A stretch of 64,000 bases of DNA from Pseudomonadota bacterium (GTDB lineage Bacteria > UBA10199 > 2-02-FULL-44-16 > JBDRGF01), in assembly GCA_043818055.1 (NCBI GenBank), contig JBDRGF010000033.1, positions 32,001 to 96,000 on the forward strand, read 5' to 3'. The position numbers were made by a program, and so were the translations under genes. The stretch's first letter is position 1. The number at the start of each line of letters is the position of its first letter. Under the pieces are notes generated by a model that worked only from the letters and a program-made list of their open reading frames with translations, ran no database searches and had not been told where the DNA came from. Of the stretch, positions 30,601 through 40,210 are shown one piece after another.

Positions 30601-32826
30601 TTAGTCCCAATCGATTTCTGCTTGGATTATCTTGATTATCTCTTCATCGCTAGGGTCTATCAGTTCAGACAATGAACTAATTGTGTCTATATCTAGCTTG
30701 TTTTTAAGCGAATTGAGCTTTTTAATAATTTCTTGATTGCTTGACACTATCTTCCAAGCAGCTCTGTAATAAACTTTAGTATCATCGAGCCTTTTGAGAA
30801 AATCCCGTCCAGACAGACCTTTTAAATAATCAATAAATATTAAAATAATATCTTCGTCTGGACACAAGAACGCGGCAGCGGGATTATTTTGTATAATGAT
30901 TCTTATTAGATGTTTTACTGCTTCTTTGACCTTCGAGTGTCCTGATTTGTATAGAATTGCTAGCTCGCTTAAATATTCTTCGAGGCCATAATAAAGCGAA
31001 GAAAGAAATTTAATATCTTCGTTCTTCTTTCGATTTCTATTAAACAGTCCTCTTATATCTGTTGGAGAGTGCTCTTCAGCACCAAAGGCGGTTTCAATCG
31101 AAAAGGGATATATGCTTCTTCTGTCATCTGTCAGCAGAAAATTCAAAGTTGTTGCATGCGTAGTTGCACTTGTGACCTTTGGTTCGGATACACTTACTCC
31201 ACCTGAAAATATTACAGAAAAACCAAGGTGTGCAAATATCTCCCTGGTGACTATTGCAAAACCATCACATTTAACCTTGTATTTTAATCTCCTCGTCTTT
31301 TTACATATTTTCGAGCAGTGTTTATGAATAAATTCTAAGAGAATGACTTGAGAATGCTCTCTTTCTCCTAGAAATTCTCCATATCTTTCAACAAAATTAT
31401 CTGCGTAATCTCTATTGTAGGCCAAGTCAAAATCATATTCGTACCAAGAGCCAACATGTTCAATCACCTCTTCTAGACATTCTCCTAATTGCAATGATCC
31501 TCTCAAAATTCTTGAATTCATGGCTTCTATAAATTTTCTCGTTGGTTCAGGCCACTCATCTAATTTTGAATCCGGGCGCGTCAATGACATCAGCTCTGGA
31601 GGATCACCCCAAAAAGCTCCCCAATAATTGAAGCCAGATGCCTCTCGCGGCACTTCGAGAATTTTAAATGAATAAAAAAGGTCTCTTTTCTCTGTCATCT
31701 CTGGAATTTCAATGAATGTTAGATGCTGGTATTTTGTCGGTCTGAAGTCCCAGCCTTGCAAACCTTCTATCCTTATCGTTTCAGGTTCTATTTGAGCGGC
31801 GAATGGCTGTGGCAACAGAATGCGCCTCTTTTCGCCCGCTTCAATTTGGATTTTTACGGTTACCCTTTTAGGTTCTACTCTAAACAATGACCACAATTCA
31901 TCCGGCGCATTGGGAAGCGAGGGGGATAATGCATTGTGAATCTCCTCGATTTTTTTGCATGCTGCCTCGAATTCCTCTTCTGTGCAGGAATCAGGTTTTT
32001 CAAGGGGAGAGCTATGAAAAAATTGGTGATTATTGTATTCATTGCCTGAACCCAAAAATTCGAATCCCTCTACTATTGTAAAAAAATGCATGTCTTGCTG
32101 GCTTAAACTAAAAGGTGCCGATTCTGGAGATTCAACTTGTTGAGCATTATCTAAGCTCTGACCTTCGGTCACTCCGGCAGACAATTGTTCTATGCCGATT
32201 TCAGGCATTTCAGTTTCGAGGATTTGCATTGTCTCTTCCTGCTTTGTTTGTTGATTTATTATTTTATCAAACAGAAGAGGGACTGCGTCTGAGATTGGAT
32301 TGTGTAAAATTGAATTCAGCTTTTTGATTCTGGAGTACAATAAAGTCTGATCTTGATGTGGCAGGCTCAAAAACAAATTAATTAAATCTTCAAAACTACT
32401 TTTTGTATTGTGAGAATGGCTGACCCCCAAATTAAATTTATTCCCCTCTCGCCAAAATCGGAGAGAGATTTCCCCTTCCGGCAATTCAATTGAAGATGTT
32501 AACGACTCATCTGGAGATATTTGGTTAAGATCTTCGAATAAACTTTCTAAGTCACTCGCACAAAAAATACTGACAATTTTTTCCCTTAAATTCATCCCTT
32601 CCCAGATTTCCGAAACAGATTCAAATTCACAACTATGTTGAAGTATTGAAAGAGAACTTTGTCTTTTTGAAACTAACCGTGCAGGGATGGTTAATGTTGC
32701 AGAAGGTTCTTTTAGAGAATATGAGGATAATGATGAATATGCAGCTGGTTTAGCAATTCCCCCTTCAAAAGAGGGCAACTGTGGAACAATCATCGCATAT
32801 GTTGTTGTATGGAGGCATTTGACCAT
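30601..32826 (-). CDS. Hypothetical protein with transglutaminase-like (Cys-His) domain
   Basis: KVKCDGFA...AHLGF..GG...THAT pattern resembles the transglutaminase-like core; low-complexity N-terminus. Confidence 0.55.
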   Translation of the reverse strand: MVKCLHTTTYAMIVPQLPSFEGGIAKPAAYSSLSSYSLKEPSATLTIPARLVSKRQSSLSILQHSCEFESVSEIWEGMNLREKIVSIFCASDLESLFEDLNQISPDESLTSSIELPEGEISLRFWREGNKFNLGVSHSHNTKSSFEDLINLFLSLPHQDQTLLYSRIKKLNSILHNPISDAVPLLFDKIINQQTKQEETMQILETEMPEIGIEQLSAGVTEGQSLDNAQQVESPESAPFSLSQQDMHFFTIVEGFEFLGSGNEYNNHQFFHSSPLEKPDSCTEEEFEAACKKIEEIHNALSPSLPNAPDELWSLFRVEPKRVTVKIQIEAGEKRRILLPQPFAAQIEPETIRIEGLQGWDFRPTKYQHLTFIEIPEMTEKRDLFYSFKILEVPREASGFNYWGAFWGDPPELMSLTRPDSKLDEWPEPTRKFIEAMNSRILRGSLQLGECLEEVIEHVGSWYEYDFDLAYNRDYADNFVERYGEFLGEREHSQVILLEFIHKHCSKICKKTRRLKYKVKCDGFAIVTREIFAHLGFSVIFSGGVSVSEPKVTSATTHATTLNFLLTDDRRSIYPFSIETAFGAEEHSPTDIRGLFNRNRKKNEDIKFLSSLYYGLEEYLSELAILYKSGHSKVKEAVKHLIRIIIQNNPAAAFLCPDEDIILIFIDYLKGLSGRDFLKRLDDTKVYYRAAWKIVSSNQEIIKKLNSLKNKLDIDTISSLSELIDPSDEEIIKIIQAEIDWD

Positions 32827-33109
32827 AACGTAATTATTATCGGCTGATTTCTGATAAAGTTGTCAATAGGATGGAAAAAACAGAGAATATGCCCTAACAA
32901 TGCCTCTTAAAATCAGCTCGGTCGTCACAAAATAATTGACGATGGGGGGGGCATATGGGTATTATCCGTGACTCAAAAAACGCCAAATAACCTAGCACCT
33001 CATCTATAAAATTCTTTATAGTGAGGAAGGGCACAAGTGCTCGTAACAATTTAATATTTATTATATACCACCTGTGGTAATTAAATTGACGAAGCACTAG
33101 GAGACGCAG

Positions 33110-34828
33110 ATGATATCCAAAGAAATCGAAAATAAAATCAACGAATTAGCAAAAAAATATCCAAAAAAAGAGTCGGCGCTCATGCCGGCACTCGATCTCG
33201 TACAACGCAGCAATAAAAACCTCCTATCACATGAGGATATCAAAGAGACCGCACGCGTTGTCGGGGTGACTGAAAGCAAAGCTTTTGGCGTCGCAACTTA
33301 TTACACGATGTATAACACGGAAAAAGTCGGGAAATTTAATCTACAGATCGACACGAATATCCCGGGTTTCTTGACCGGTGCGAACGAAATACTCGAACAC
33401 CTCAGGAAAAAACTCTCAATCGATGCCGGCGAGACCACAAAGGATGGTATGTTCACCCTCTCAATCGTTGAAGATCTTGGTTCATGCGGCACCTGCCCTG
33501 TGATGCAGGTCAACGACACATATTACGAAAATCTGACAATCGAAAAGGTGGACAAGATCATAGATGAGCTGAAAAAGGACAAAACGCCTGAACCGGACAC
33601 GACAGCGAACTGGGGATCCGAGTGCAAGATACTCCTAAAAAACATGGGAGAGAAAAATTCGACGAGCATCGAAACATACAAGAATAGCGGTGGCTACACA
33701 GCCCTTGCCAAAGCCCGCAAGATGAAACCTGCCGACATCGTTCAGGTGGTGAAGGAATCGATGATCAGAGGTCGCGGCGGTGCAGGTTTCGCGGCCGGGG
33801 TCAAGTGGGGATTTTTACCCAAGGATGATTCCCGTCCAATCTACCTTGTCTGCAATGCCGATGAAGGGGAGCCGGGAACATTCAAGGATCGCCAGATCAT
33901 GCAATATGATCCACACCTTCTGATAGAGGGAATCGCGATCACCGCCTACGCTATAGGATCGAAAAAGGCATTCATCTATATAAGAGGTGAGTTCCGCTGG
34001 ATCGCCGACATACTCGAAACGGCCATTGAACGTGCTAAGGCAGAGGGGATGCTCGGGGATCTGGACATCGTAGTTCATAAAGGGGCAGGATCATACGTCT
34101 GCGGCGAAGAGACAGCGCTGATCGAATCTATAGAGGGCAAGCGCGGCAATCCGAGAAACAAGCCGCCATTTCCTGCGAATATCGGCCTCTACGATTGTCC
34201 CACTATCGTAAATAATGTCGAGACGCTTGCGTGCATTCCATACATCATCGAAAATGGCGCAGAGGCTTTTAAAAAGATCGGAAATGCAAAGAACTCAGGG
34301 CCGAAGCTCTACGGCGTAAGCGGCCATGTAGAAAAACCTGGTGTATATGAATATCCGCTTGGAACACCGCTTGAAAAGATTCTCAAAGCAGCAGGTGGCG
34401 TGAAGGGAAAATTAAAAGCTGTAATAGTCGGAGGATTATCGGTCCCGATATTGCGCGCCGATGAGGTCAAGGATCTCAAGATGGATTTTGACGACTGCTT
34501 AGCGCATGGCACTATGCTCGGTTCCGGCGGTATCATGGTGATCAACGATACCATATCGATTCCTGAGTTAGCGCTGAGAACTATCAAATTCTACGCTCAC
34601 GAATCGTGTGGCCAGTGCGTCCCGTGTCGCGATGGCAGTTCTGTGATAAAGAATATATTGAAAAGGCTGATTGCGGGCCAAGCAAAAAAAGAGGAGATCG
34701 ACCAGATTTTATCCATGTGTAAGACGATAAAGGGTCTCACACTCTGCCCAACCGGCGACGCGTTCGCAATGCCTATAGAGGCTATGATTGAGAAATTTAG
34801 AGAAGAGTTTGAGGGATTAATAAAATAA
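33110..34828 (+). CDS. Fused NuoE-like/NuoF-like NAD(H)-binding diaphorase subunit of formate dehydrogenase
   Basis: SALMPAL..Q / VATYYTMY (NuoE-like), then RGRGGAGF, CNADEGEPGTFKDR, YVCGEETAL, ESCGQCVPCR (NuoF). Confidence 0.9.
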   Translation: MISKEIENKINELAKKYPKKESALMPALDLVQRSNKNLLSHEDIKETARVVGVTESKAFGVATYYTMYNTEKVGKFNLQIDTNIPGFLTGANEILEHLRKKLSIDAGETTKDGMFTLSIVEDLGSCGTCPVMQVNDTYYENLTIEKVDKIIDELKKDKTPEPDTTANWGSECKILLKNMGEKNSTSIETYKNSGGYTALAKARKMKPADIVQVVKESMIRGRGGAGFAAGVKWGFLPKDDSRPIYLVCNADEGEPGTFKDRQIMQYDPHLLIEGIAITAYAIGSKKAFIYIRGEFRWIADILETAIERAKAEGMLGDLDIVVHKGAGSYVCGEETALIESIEGKRGNPRNKPPFPANIGLYDCPTIVNNVETLACIPYIIENGAEAFKKIGNAKNSGPKLYGVSGHVEKPGVYEYPLGTPLEKILKAAGGVKGKLKAVIVGGLSVPILRADEVKDLKMDFDDCLAHGTMLGSGGIMVINDTISIPELALRTIKFYAHESCGQCVPCRDGSSVIKNILKRLIAGQAKKEEIDQILSMCKTIKGLTLCPTGDAFAMPIEAMIEKFREEFEGLIK

Positions 34829-34921
34829 ATGCTGTGCGCTATGGGCTTTGCGCCATGCGTTTTAAAAGCGCATAGCGCACGACACAAAACGCATAGCAGT
34901 TCATTTTTAAGGAGGAAATAC

Positions 34922-37660
34922 ATGAGTAGCAAAATCAACATCGATGGAAGGAGTTGCAACTTTGAGGGGGCGAAAACCATCCTTGAGGTCGCACGCGACA
35001 ATCACATCTACATCCCGAGCTTGTGCTACCACAAAAAGACAGGGCCGGCTAGCATGTGTCGCGTCTGCGTTGTAGAGGTGGATGGCATGAGAGGGCTTCA
35101 GACTGCTTGTTCGGTGGAGGCCAAAGATGGCATGACGGTCAAAACCGACACACCAAAGGTAATAGAAGCGAGAAAACTCGTAGTAAATCTACTCCTCGTA
35201 AATGGCCATCACAACTGTCTATCCTGTGAACAGAATGGCGAATGTGAGCTTCAGGAGGCTGCATATAAGCTTGGAATAGAAGAGCCGTCATTCGTTGTCG
35301 ACGAGGGGACAAAGACAAAGGATGAGTCGAGTGAGATGATCATCCGCGACGGCAACAGATGCATACAGTGTGGCCGTTGCATCAAGGGATGCAATACAAC
35401 TGTCGTCAACGAAGTGCTCGATTTCGGCTACCGCGCCGATTCGACAAAGGTGATCTGCGATGATGACCTCGCGATGGGAGATTCTTCCTGTGTCCAGTGC
35501 GGCGAGTGTTCGCAGCTCTGTCCGGTTGGCGCGATCACAGACAAGAAAGCCCATGGAAAGGGTCGTCCCTGGGAATTAAAAAAGGTCGATACGGTTTGCA
35601 CATATTGTGGAGTTGGCTGTCAGCTGACGCTGCATGTCGATGAATGGAAAAATGAGATCGTGAAAGTAACAGGTGTCGATGGGGCACCTCCAAATGACGG
35701 CATGCTCTGCGTGAAGGGGCGTTACGGTTATGAGTTTGTAAACAGCCCAGAAAGGCTTACCACCCCGTTGATCAGAAACAGCAAAGGTGAGTTTGAAAAT
35801 GCGACTTGGGAAGAGGCTATAAACTTCATCGCAAAAAAGTTAAATGATATTAAGCAAAAACATGGTTCGAACAGCATAACGGGCCTTGCTTCCGCCAAGG
35901 TGACAAATGAAGAGAACTTCCTATTTCAGAAGTTCATGAGAAAGGAGGTGGGCACAAATAACGTTGATCATTGTGCCCGGCTCTGACACTCCGCCACGGT
36001 GGCCGGTCTGGCTACCTCACTCGGTTCAGGCGCTATGACAAACGACATCGCAGGTATCAAGAATGCCGATGTCATTCTAATAACGGGTTCTGATACATCA
36101 GCAGCTCATCCAGTTATCGCTGCCCGCATCAAGCAGGCTGTGCGATTTGGAAAAACAAAGCTCATCGTCATCGATCCGAAAGAGATCAAGATGGCCGAAT
36201 ACGCAACCATCTATGCAAGGCAGAGATGCGGCACGGATGTCGCAGTATTAAACGGTATCATGCATGTGATGATCAAGAACGGTTGGTACGACAAGGCATA
36301 CGTCGAAGAGCGATGCGAAGGATTTGAAGAGCTGAAAAAAGAGGTCGAGAACTATCCTCCGGAAAAGGTTGAAAAGATATCCGGCGTCCCAGCAAAGCAG
36401 ATAGAAGAGATAGCAGAACTTTTTGGCAAGGCCGAAACCGCGAGCCTCTTCTATGCGATGGGAATCACACAGCATACGACCGGCGTCGATAACGTCTGGT
36501 CAACTGCCAATCTGCAGATGCTCTGCGGCAACCTTGGAAAGGATGGCGGAGGCGTCAATCCACTCAGAGGCCAATCAAACGTACAGGGTGCTTGCGATAT
36601 GGGTGGGCTTCCGAATGTCTTTCCGGGATATCAAAAAGTTATCGATGAAAATGCAGTAGCAAAATTTGAAAAGGCCTGGAACTGCAAGCTTTCGAATAAA
36701 GTCGGACTAACTGTGACAGAGATGCTTGGTGGCGCTCACGATGGAAAGGTGAAGGCGATCTATTGCATGGGAGAAAATCCGATGCTCTCAGATCCTGATC
36801 TCACGCACGCAAAAGAGGCGCTCGAAAAATTAGAGCTGCTAGTCGTTCAGGATCTCTTCATTACAGAGACTGCAGAACTTGCTCATGTAATCTTGCCGGC
36901 TGCAACTTTTGCCGAAAAAGAGGGGCATTACACTAATACAGAGCGAAGGGTGCAGCGTTTGAGAAAAGCCGTCAACTCTCCTGGAGAAACAAAACAGGAT
37001 TGGATGATCATACAGGATATCGCAAACGCGATGGGTGGCGAATGGAAGTATCAATCGGTAAAGGATATAACCGATGAAGTTTGTCAGCTCACTCCACAAT
37101 ATGGTGGCATCACATGGGAGAGAACGGAGAAGATCAGTTTGCAATGGCCATGCCCGACAACGGAACATCCGGGCACACCATACCTTCATAAAGGGAAATT
37201 TGCACGCGGCAAGGGACTTATGAAGGCTATACCATTCAAAGAGCCGGCTGAGCTGCCTGATGAAGAGTATCCACTTGTTATGACGACAGGCCGAGTACTG
37301 GAACATTTTCACACGGGAACCATGACAAGAAAGACTCAAGGGCTAAATAACTTAGCAGGCCCGATGGTCATGATCTCTGTCGAAGATGCCGAAAGCCTGG
37401 GAATTAAAAACAGCGAACTCGTGAAAGTCACCACGCGTCGTGGCGAAATTCACACACCTGCTTTTGTAACAAGAAGAATCGGCAAGGGAACGATTTACAT
37501 CCCGTTCCATTATAAGGAAGCTGCGGCTAATTTGTTGACCAATCCGGTCGTAGATCCGGTGGCCAAGATTCCAGAATACAAGGCCTGTTCTGCACGCGTC
37601 GAAAAATTAAATGGAGAAATAGCTGATTCACCTTCGTGTAGAATCGGAAGGGTTAAATAG
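34922..37660 (+). CDS. fdhA: Selenocysteine-containing formate dehydrogenase alpha subunit (NuoG-like Fe-S N-terminus); TGA 35984-35986 read as Sec
   Basis: ORF-track pieces 34829-35986 and 35999-37660 share a frame and join as DHCARL-U-HSATVAGL. Fe-S motifs CYH..CRVC, CIQCGRC, CVQCGEC, CTYCGVGC; PLRGQSNVQG; RBS aggagg before ATG 34922. Confidence 0.95.
35998..36016 (+). promoter_or_regulatory. Bacterial SECIS hairpin
   Basis: GGTGGCC-GGTCT-GGCTACC stem-loop starting 11 nt after the in-frame TGA. Confidence 0.8.
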
Positions 37661-37664
37661 GTCA

Positions 37665-38108
37665 ATGGTTAAAATTGATATCGACACCATATTTCTCAAG
37701 GCAATAGAAAAGGAAGAAAAATCTTCAAAATTCTATTCCGACTTATCGGAAAAATCGAAAGATGAATCTTTAAAGATTTTTTTTAAGGAGCTCTCTCAGG
37801 ATGAGCTGTCACATAAAAATTATTTGGAAAATCTCAGAAAAAATCCTCGCCTGATAACCAGGATAAATGAGAACTACGACGACATAATTTCAATTATTGA
37901 TTCTTCCCCTCCTGAATTTAATCCAAATATGAATATCATGGATGCTTTTAAACTCGCCATAAATAAAGAGGAAGAAGCTGCTCTCCTTTATAATTCTTTG
38001 GTCAGCCGCGTCGATGATCCTGAAGCCGTTAAAATTATCAAATACCTGGCGAATATGGAGATGGGACACAGAAGTAAACTTGAAGGCATACTCCTCACGT
38101 TTAAATAA
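37665..38108 (+). CDS. Rubrerythrin-like ferritin-fold diiron protein
   Basis: AIEKE..FY...DELSH and AINKE..LY...MEMGH (ExxH pairs). Confidence 0.8.
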   Translation: MVKIDIDTIFLKAIEKEEKSSKFYSDLSEKSKDESLKIFFKELSQDELSHKNYLENLRKNPRLITRINENYDDIISIIDSSPPEFNPNMNIMDAFKLAINKEEEAALLYNSLVSRVDDPEAVKIIKYLANMEMGHRSKLEGILLTFK

Positions 38109-38129
38109 CAATCCCAAAGGAGAATTTAT

Positions 38130-38588
38130 ATGGATAAGATTGAAATGGAAAAAATATTTTCGACAGCAATCGACAGAGAGATTGAGGCCTACGAATTTTA
38201 TAAGGATGTCGCAACCAGGATTGATAACAAGGAAGTAAAAACGGTCTTTGAGCAGCTCGCGAAGGAGGAGATGGGACACAAGGATATGCTTGAATCACTA
38301 AAAAATGATCCGACAAAGATGATGAAGATCACCCCTCCTGCTGCAGATTACAAGGTCGCTGAAGCCACAGAGTTGCCCCCCTTGAGCACCGACATGAAGC
38401 CAGCGGATGCCATAGCGCTTGCCATGAAGAAGGAAGAGGCGGCTGTTGAATTCTATCGCGGGATGGCTGCCGGAGCAGAAGAGAGTAGTATCAAAGATAT
38501 GTTCGAAAATTTAGCCAACATGGAACTCGGTCACAAGCATCGACTGGAGAATGTCTTCGTTGAGATTGGGTATCCGGAGGTGTTTTAA
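38130..38588 (+). CDS. Rubrerythrin-like ferritin-fold diiron protein
   Basis: AIDREIEAYEFY...EEMGH and AMKKE...MELGH. Confidence 0.85.
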   Translation: MDKIEMEKIFSTAIDREIEAYEFYKDVATRIDNKEVKTVFEQLAKEEMGHKDMLESLKNDPTKMMKITPPAADYKVAEATELPPLSTDMKPADAIALAMKKEEAAVEFYRGMAAGAEESSIKDMFENLANMELGHKHRLENVFVEIGYPEVF

Positions 38589-38626
38589 AAGCAGTGTAGG
38601 AGTGTTGAAGTGTTTGAGTAAGGGCT

Positions 38627-40210
38627 CTAATTTTTATCTTCCTTTGCTTTATTTAGTATCCTCCTATCCCCCACCCTCATCGTTGTACCTTCGGAATCGT
38701 AGCGGGATAGAAGTAAGAGACAAAATTTTCTGTTTGCGCCGATAAGATCTCTAAACTCGGCTACTGTCATACCAGAGGGTGTTGATTTTAAAGCCTCAAC
38801 AAGTTTTTTTCTGAATTCATCCACAATGGAAGCATGTATATAATTTCCTTCTATGGAATAAACCCTGCCTTTTTTTACAAGGGAGTTGAGTACGAATTTT
38901 AATCTTCCTTTATCAATTCCCTTCCCCTTGGATATCTCTATGAGTTCAGATTCAAGAGGCGTTTTGGTTCCACAATCGGCAAGCAGTTTCTCTACGAAAT
39001 TCAATTCATCAGTTGACGCCTCATCTATTTTCCTTAGCAGCCTTTCCACAGCTGGCGGTGAGACAACCGATTCTACAGCCTCTCCTCTTGCTACTCTATT
39101 AATTCTCTCAATCAGCGCCTTTGTCCTTCGCCTGTGATGTAGAGGATTTGAATCGATAATTTCACCGGCACCTATGGTCATATCACCGGATGAATTCCGC
39201 ATTATAAATTTATCCCCTTTTGCGATCGCACATGGCGTGGGAAGATGTATTTGAGCGATAGCACGCTCATCTCCCTTGAGTCTGTTCCTGTCTATCAGAT
39301 GCACCTTCGCCATCGATTCGAATGTTCCAAGGTGAAAGGTGACATTGCTCCATAGGCTCAGGGCTTTGGATGATCGAAATAATTTTATCTTTGCATCGAC
39401 CATTTGGGTGGTTTCAAGTGCCCTGTTTGAAATAAGCTGTCCTCGTCTGAACCCATCGAGTTTGAATCCGGGAATATTGATCGACGCACGATCTCCCGCA
39501 ACCACTTCGTCAACCTGAGTACGATCCCTCTCAATCCTTCTAATCCTGTGACTCTTTCTATCTCCAGGAATTACGAAGATCTCCTGATTTGACTCAAGCC
39601 TCCCACTCAGAACTGAGCCATTAAAAACCGCTCCAAAGCCCTGGACATAAAATGCCCTATCTATAAACATCCTGAAATCCCCTCCTTGAGGGCGTTCTGG
39701 AATTGATTTTATAATTTCAGATATGGTTGATTTGAGCTCGTCGATACCAAATCCGGATGTTGATGACACCTGAATGATCGGCGCGTTCTTTAGAAAAGTC
39801 TCATCAGTTAATTTTTTGATATCATTTTTCGCAATTGAGATCATTTCATCATCGGCCAGATCGCATTTGGTGAGCACAACTATCCCGGATTTTATTGAGA
39901 GGGCATCCATGATTTCGATGTGCTCCCTTGTTTGAGGCATGACTCCTTCATTTGCTGCAACGACCAATAATCCAAAATCGATCCCGCTCGCTCCAGCTAC
40001 CATGTTATGAATAAAATCCTTGTGGCCGGGGACATCGATGATGCCGACCTTATCATCTCCGAGTGTTAGATGGGTAAATCCCAGGTTGATCGTAATTCCG
40101 CGTTTTTTTTCTTCAGGATGGGTATCACAGTCAAAACCTGTAAGGGCTTTTACCAGAGCTGTTTTACCGTGATCGACATGACCGGCTGTGCCGAGTATTA
40201 TATGTTTCAT
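38627..40210 (-). CDS. selB: Selenocysteine-specific elongation factor (short form)
   Basis: GTAGHVDHGKT, RGITINLGF, DVPGH, C-terminal RDLIGANRKF...RVGDRR winged helix. Confidence 0.93.
   Translation of the reverse strand: MKHIILGTAGHVDHGKTALVKALTGFDCDTHPEEKKRGITINLGFTHLTLGDDKVGIIDVPGHKDFIHNMVAGASGIDFGLLVVAANEGVMPQTREHIEIMDALSIKSGIVVLTKCDLADDEMISIAKNDIKKLTDETFLKNAPIIQVSSTSGFGIDELKSTISEIIKSIPERPQGGDFRMFIDRAFYVQGFGAVFNGSVLSGRLESNQEIFVIPGDRKSHRIRRIERDRTQVDEVVAGDRASINIPGFKLDGFRRGQLISNRALETTQMVDAKIKLFRSSKALSLWSNVTFHLGTFESMAKVHLIDRNRLKGDERAIAQIHLPTPCAIAKGDKFIMRNSSGDMTIGAGEIIDSNPLHHRRRTKALIERINRVARGEAVESVVSPPAVERLLRKIDEASTDELNFVEKLLADCGTKTPLESELIEISKGKGIDKGRLKFVLNSLVKKGRVYSIEGNYIHASIVDEFRKKLVEALKSTPSGMTVAEFRDLIGANRKFCLLLLSRYDSEGTTMRVGDRRILNKAKEDKN

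Noticed and set aside
33019..33036. Possible Rex operator upstream of the FDH operon
   Set aside because: Too many mismatches to TTGTGAA-N4-TTCACAA to support by eye
34829..34921. N-terminal extension of FdhA in the ORF track
   Set aside because: It is translated heptamer-repeat hairpin; a clear RBS precedes ATG 34922
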